A DNA stretch of 57,025 nucleotides from positions 1-57,025 of the forward strand of contig JBEHWP010000001.1 in the NCBI GenBank assembly GCA_040217665.1. Reading direction: 5' to 3'. Every line of letters begins with the position of its first letter. Within the stretch, counting starts at the first letter, position 1. Below the pieces are notes generated by a model. That model was not told where the DNA came from. It did not search any database and was given only the letters and a program-made list of their open reading frames with translations. The position numbers were made by a program, and so were the translations under genes. Of the stretch, positions 54,101 to 57,025 are shown piece after piece. The DNA is from Vulcanimicrobiota bacterium (GTDB lineage Bacteria; Vulcanimicrobiota; SpSt-956; JAKJGF01).

Positions 54101-55947
54101 TTAAAATACTGTTCTTCCAGAAGTTTTATTATAGAGTCAGGTATGTCGGACTGAAGAAGGAGGAACGTAAGAAGCCTCTTTAAAATTCTCTTTTTTCCTT
54201 CCAGTAAAGGTATGGCTTTTAAGAGCACTTCTATAGCCAGAAGGTTTTCAGAAGGTGAATTCAAGTAGAATCTCGCCAGGTCTCCCAGTATAAGACTGTG
54301 TTCCGGTTCTATTTTATATGCTTTTTCCAGATAAGACAGAGCTTCTTTATTATAACCTTCTATGTGATACAATTTACCTATAGTATAACATACTATAGAA
54401 TAATGTTCTATATCACCTGATAACCGTGAAATAAACTTCTGGGCCATATTTTTTTCTTTAAAGACAGACCAGGTTTTGATATATGCTTTAGAAAGTTCAC
54501 GGAAACAAAGGGCTTCAATATGTTCATCATCATGGCGAAGGACATTATTAAAATGATTTACAGCGTGTTTATAATTTTTCTGATTATATTCAGTCACTCC
54601 CATAAACATTTCACAGAGAATAGAATTATCTTTCATAGTTTTTATCATGGCAATAAGTTTTTTGTGCTGTTTTGTTTTAAGAAAAAGAAATAGTAAAATT
54701 ATTTTTACCGTATTGTTTTCCGGATTAAGGGAAAGGGATTTCTGCAGTTCCAGTTCCGCTCTATCAGGGTTTTCCTGTAAAAACAGAAGCAATCCCTTCA
54801 GAAAAAACTTCTCAGGATTATCAAGGGAAAAGAGCGGTTCTGTTTTCATCATACCTTCAAGAAGATCAAGATTTTTATTTTTAATACAGGTAAAACCCAG
54901 GCTCAAATAAGAATCTACTGATTGTGGCAGTAAACTTATACACCTGTTAAAAGATAAAAAAGCTTTATCAAACAGACCATCTTCTGTTTCCATTACACCG
55001 TGCCAGAAATAAAAGGCAGGAAATTTTTCTATAGCTCCGGAAAGATGTTTTTTTATTAACTCCAGGCCTTTACTGTAATCTCCTATGGCTATCATAAGAT
55101 TGCCATGAAGCAGATCATATGCTGTTTCTGTTTCACTGAAGGGAAAAAATATATGTTGATTTGTTTCTGCCAGATTTTTTATGAAATCTATCTGTTTATC
55201 GGTTAATTTATTATGAATCTCTCTGATTTCCCTGTCTATTATATGAACTTTTTTTTCTATTTCCTTTCTCTTTTCCTTCAGTTCCCTGCTTTTCTTAAGA
55301 TTTCTTTTCTTTTTTGCTGTCATTTCCATTCTATGTAATATTTTTAAAATGGTTTTTATAACTTCAAAAACACTTCTTGCCAGTAACGAAGAAACAGGAA
55401 ATAAAAGGAAAGGAATAACACATGAAACAAACTGGGTCCTCCAGTAATTATCATGAGGCAACATATAAAATGAAAGTATCAGGCATATCAGAAAAGTAAT
55501 AAAAGAAAGAATGACATAGGTACTGCGTGACTTACGTCCTGACATATATATACCTGTAATCAAACTCGCAGAAGAGTTTACCAGGAAAAACAGGAGACTC
55601 AGAGGACTGATAGAGCCTGTTAAAAGAATAAAAGACAGGAGAAAAATAAATATTGAACATATTATAAATACAGGTCTTGTAGATGTATTTTTCAGGAATT
55701 CCTGTGAAAGAGGGCCTGTTTTAAATTCTTTTACAACAGAGATTTTCTTCTGTTTTTCTTTCAGTTCTTCCAGTTTCAGTTTATTCTCTTCTGTAATCTG
55801 TCTCTTTTCTGCAACCTTCGATATGATTGCTTTCGATTTCTCATCAAAGGGATAGCCTCTGAAGTGACGTTTAAGAGAATCGATGGTTCTTCCGGGAGAA
55901 AAAACTGACACTTCTTCTATTAAATAATCAAAATAGTTTTCATGCAT
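51166..55947 (-). CDS. Giant (1593 aa) polytopic-membrane TPR protein with a C-terminal Hanks-type kinase domain that carries an atypical catalytic loop
   Basis: About 4 TM segments at aa 90-200, a coiled coil, and about 1000 aa of TPR-like repeats. Kinase motifs: IGSGANATVY, VALKC, E in EYEIL, YHDLAPDNVM in place of [11 protein letters not shown] in place of DFG, and ASPE. Confidence 0.8.
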   Translation of the reverse strand: MHENYFDYLIEEVSVFSPGRTIDSLKRHFRGYPFDEKSKAIISKVAEKRQITEENKLKLEELKEKQKKISVVKEFKTGPLSQEFLKNTSTRPVFIICSIFIFLLSFILLTGSISPLSLLFFLVNSSASLITGIYMSGRKSRSTYVILSFITFLICLILSFYMLPHDNYWRTQFVSCVIPFLLFPVSSLLARSVFEVIKTILKILHRMEMTAKKKRNLKKSRELKEKRKEIEKKVHIIDREIREIHNKLTDKQIDFIKNLAETNQHIFFPFSETETAYDLLHGNLMIAIGDYSKGLELIKKHLSGAIEKFPAFYFWHGVMETEDGLFDKAFLSFNRCISLLPQSVDSYLSLGFTCIKNKNLDLLEGMMKTEPLFSLDNPEKFFLKGLLLFLQENPDRAELELQKSLSLNPENNTVKIILLFLFLKTKQHKKLIAMIKTMKDNSILCEMFMGVTEYNQKNYKHAVNHFNNVLRHDDEHIEALCFRELSKAYIKTWSVFKEKNMAQKFISRLSGDIEHYSIVCYTIGKLYHIEGYNKEALSYLEKAYKIEPEHSLILGDLARFYLNSPSENLLAIEVLLKAIPLLEGKKRILKRLLTFLLLQSDIPDSIIKLLEEQYFKNINYDPLLVQLLAKYHLKRNTMSEKATEIYLKATEINCIDEKAKSSAVRLIAWNDAETGKPEEARTDLYKNLLALYPDDERIMFLNSSIIFRSKNMVEENPELFKNLLQKKYMSSRFWDIFDLNRDFILISVVTYFHRHKIYNDETMMLIQESFDRFPRDRHVLLAFGEASEHLGATGEKSLRAYKSIYREEPDNIENLVALGRAYLACNEIHADTINVLEQIFTKGLCWDEAIKVMTDYYLKKMADGNLTKNIIVLSVWGHYTKIVPKDYKVRFYIAEEFFAQKEYVHACEEYEEVASACPSHRDALFRLGECYIEMGNIEKSIETFKKILNIKRDDMAVLEKLGNLYLDVYKNEEEAILYYEKAHEGDRKNIEYLKTLLDLYKKKSDPPNMIRIQEKITSLERTGKNLATLGNFYLKTNRIKEGISCLGEAIKKEFHADGKVHLMLAEAKYFMLNERSQRRDWAELTDILSEAIKLGCRDKKIYEIRYQVYLKIGDKKKAAEDRKIFAPDDLDNLYQLAVEHEAKEDINSVKENLMQIYRRDKDFLDVSLKLARIYAEEGTFDKKHIDIILHSFYNRTSQFLHNDEDNRMIDHIHNYFKANHLFLEEIEFLKSLFLLEHPYNKGKLKGWIAIAFLELNNLSEAYEILNKIDINLDRDTLLDANMRLAEELLFKEQFTEAETILEKIYLTDPAFKNSGSLLENLRHERLGRFALLEPIGSGANATVYKAFDLVTRNYVALKCLHKDLDSDREAINNFKKEYEILSELIHPGIAKVIPGSFREKFFAIELLDRTLSLVLEKSKDGLELNEFFHIVTQIVEALHYMHSKNIIYHDLAPDNVMFAGNIVKFCDLGGAKRFDLKSRQTIVGSTEKHYLYASPEQCRHEFDSSVKVDHRSDIYSLGVLMYHMICGIPPFIGPDQALLSAHQHSVPSPLLLQKDNIPRQLVSIILKALEKDPDRRHQSMEELLQELMQTPRG

Positions 55948-56158
55948 TATTACTATAAACTCTCATCAAAAAGAGAAAAATCATTAACAACAGGTCAGTA
56001 ATCCTGTTTAGATTATGCTTTATTTTCTCTCTAAATTTCTTTTATCCCTTCAAATTATCCTGCTTATATACAGGTTAAAGATTTAATATTACATGGAAGG
56101 ATATTTTTTAATTAAATAGAATATATTAGTAAAATCAGCACATGAAAGAGGTAACTGT

Positions 56159-56860
56159 ATGAAAGAAACAAAAAGTGATTTCTCTCAGGATAACAGGTAC
56201 GATTATAGTGATGAAGAATTTTTAAAAATGGGAGAGAAAATAGAAAAACCTGCCAAGAAACTCAAAATTATAACTGTATCGGTTATAGGAATTATGCTAT
56301 TATTCGGCTGCTGTCTCGGCGACAGAATTTTAAAAGAAAGTATGAGTACAGGCAGTATTATCCAGGGTACCGGTGAAATGGTTGACGGTATAAATAAAAT
56401 GGTAAAAGCGAATCAGGGTGCTGAAATAAGTTTCAAAAACGCAATAAAATCTTTCGATGAAGCAATAAAACAGAATAAAAATTGCAGTGATGCTTATTTT
56501 TTTATGGGTGTTACCTTTTATCACTGGTATATATATGAGAATAGAATTGGAACGAGTGAAAGGAATTTCATAGAAGATCTCGGTAAAAAAACAGAAAGTA
56601 ATTTAATTAAAGCCACGCAGATAAAAAGAAAATTCCCGGAAGCTTATATATACCTCGGCTCCTATTATTGTTTAAAAGGAATGAATAGTAAAGCCAGAGC
56701 ATCACTTGACATGGCTAAAAAAATTGCAGAGAAAATCTGGAAAGATAAGGAAAAGAAAAAAAATAAATGGTTTCCCTATATAGAAAGGGCTCAGGGATTA
56801 ATAAAAGATAATAAGATCTGTGATATTCCCCCCCCTTTGCCGGATGGAATAGGACTGTAA
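56159..56860 (+). CDS. Membrane-anchored TPR-like protein
   Basis: TM/lipobox-like segment IITVSVIGIMLLFGCC, followed by TPR-like helices (AYFFMGVTFYHWY, AYIYLGSYYCLKGMNSKARASLDMAKKI). Confidence 0.55.
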   Translation: MKETKSDFSQDNRYDYSDEEFLKMGEKIEKPAKKLKIITVSVIGIMLLFGCCLGDRILKESMSTGSIIQGTGEMVDGINKMVKANQGAEISFKNAIKSFDEAIKQNKNCSDAYFFMGVTFYHWYIYENRIGTSERNFIEDLGKKTESNLIKATQIKRKFPEAYIYLGSYYCLKGMNSKARASLDMAKKIAEKIWKDKEKKKNKWFPYIERAQGLIKDNKICDIPPPLPDGIGL

Positions 56861-57025
56861 TTTTTTCACAGTAATCATATACTAAGTACCGCTCCAGGTA
56901 AATTGGTACCCAAAAAATATGGAACACGCTCCTGTCCCTGTCCGGGCTCTGGAGGAAAAGATATGCCGTATTAAAAGAGAGTTATAAATTATATAGACGC
57001 AAAATATTAACAGTCTGCAAAACCA

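Overview
This is a 57-kb, visibly AT-rich, gene-dense bacterial chromosomal segment with about 46 protein genes. I found no rRNA, tRNA or CRISPR array. Recognisable anchors are ftsZ, gldA, cinA, a DegT-type aminotransferase, an amidase/CoA-transferase pair inside a NarL-type two-component locus with two paralogous regulators, an M48 lipoprotein peptidase and an HAD-IIIA phosphatase. Most other genes encode repeat-scaffold and signalling proteins: 2 HEAT-repeat proteins, 6 TPR proteins (including 929-aa and 1593-aa giants) and 2 PD40/TolB-like beta-propellers. There are also two Hanks-type Ser/Thr kinases with the kinase domain at the C-terminus, an HD-GYP protein, a cNMP-binding protein and a radical SAM enzyme. 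Several domains are better known from eukaryotes: a DOT1-like methyltransferase, JAMM/MPN+, a Roadblock/LC7-like domain and a B-box-like zinc finger. The left edge holds mobile-element debris (a serine recombinase start and a frameshifted group II intron-type RT). Four candidates stand out for novelty. (1) A minus-strand island at 9.6-17.0 kb joins a Prim-Pol-like/RecA-like protein whose two active sites both look degenerate, a TM-TPR kinase, a ferredoxin, a membrane JAMM protease and an HTH coiled-coil protein; the kinase and JAMM genes share an upstream element. (2) A seven-gene minus-strand operon at 37.4-44.0 kb contains a membrane-protein gene interrupted by one in-frame UGA, with a perfect hairpin 15 nt downstream. 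(3) A membrane/zinc-ribbon-anchored DOT1-like methyltransferase is translationally coupled to a TPR protein. (4) Several families of short intergenic repeats sit in the same orientation upstream of otherwise unrelated genes. All functional calls come from reading motifs by eye; no database or structure search was possible.
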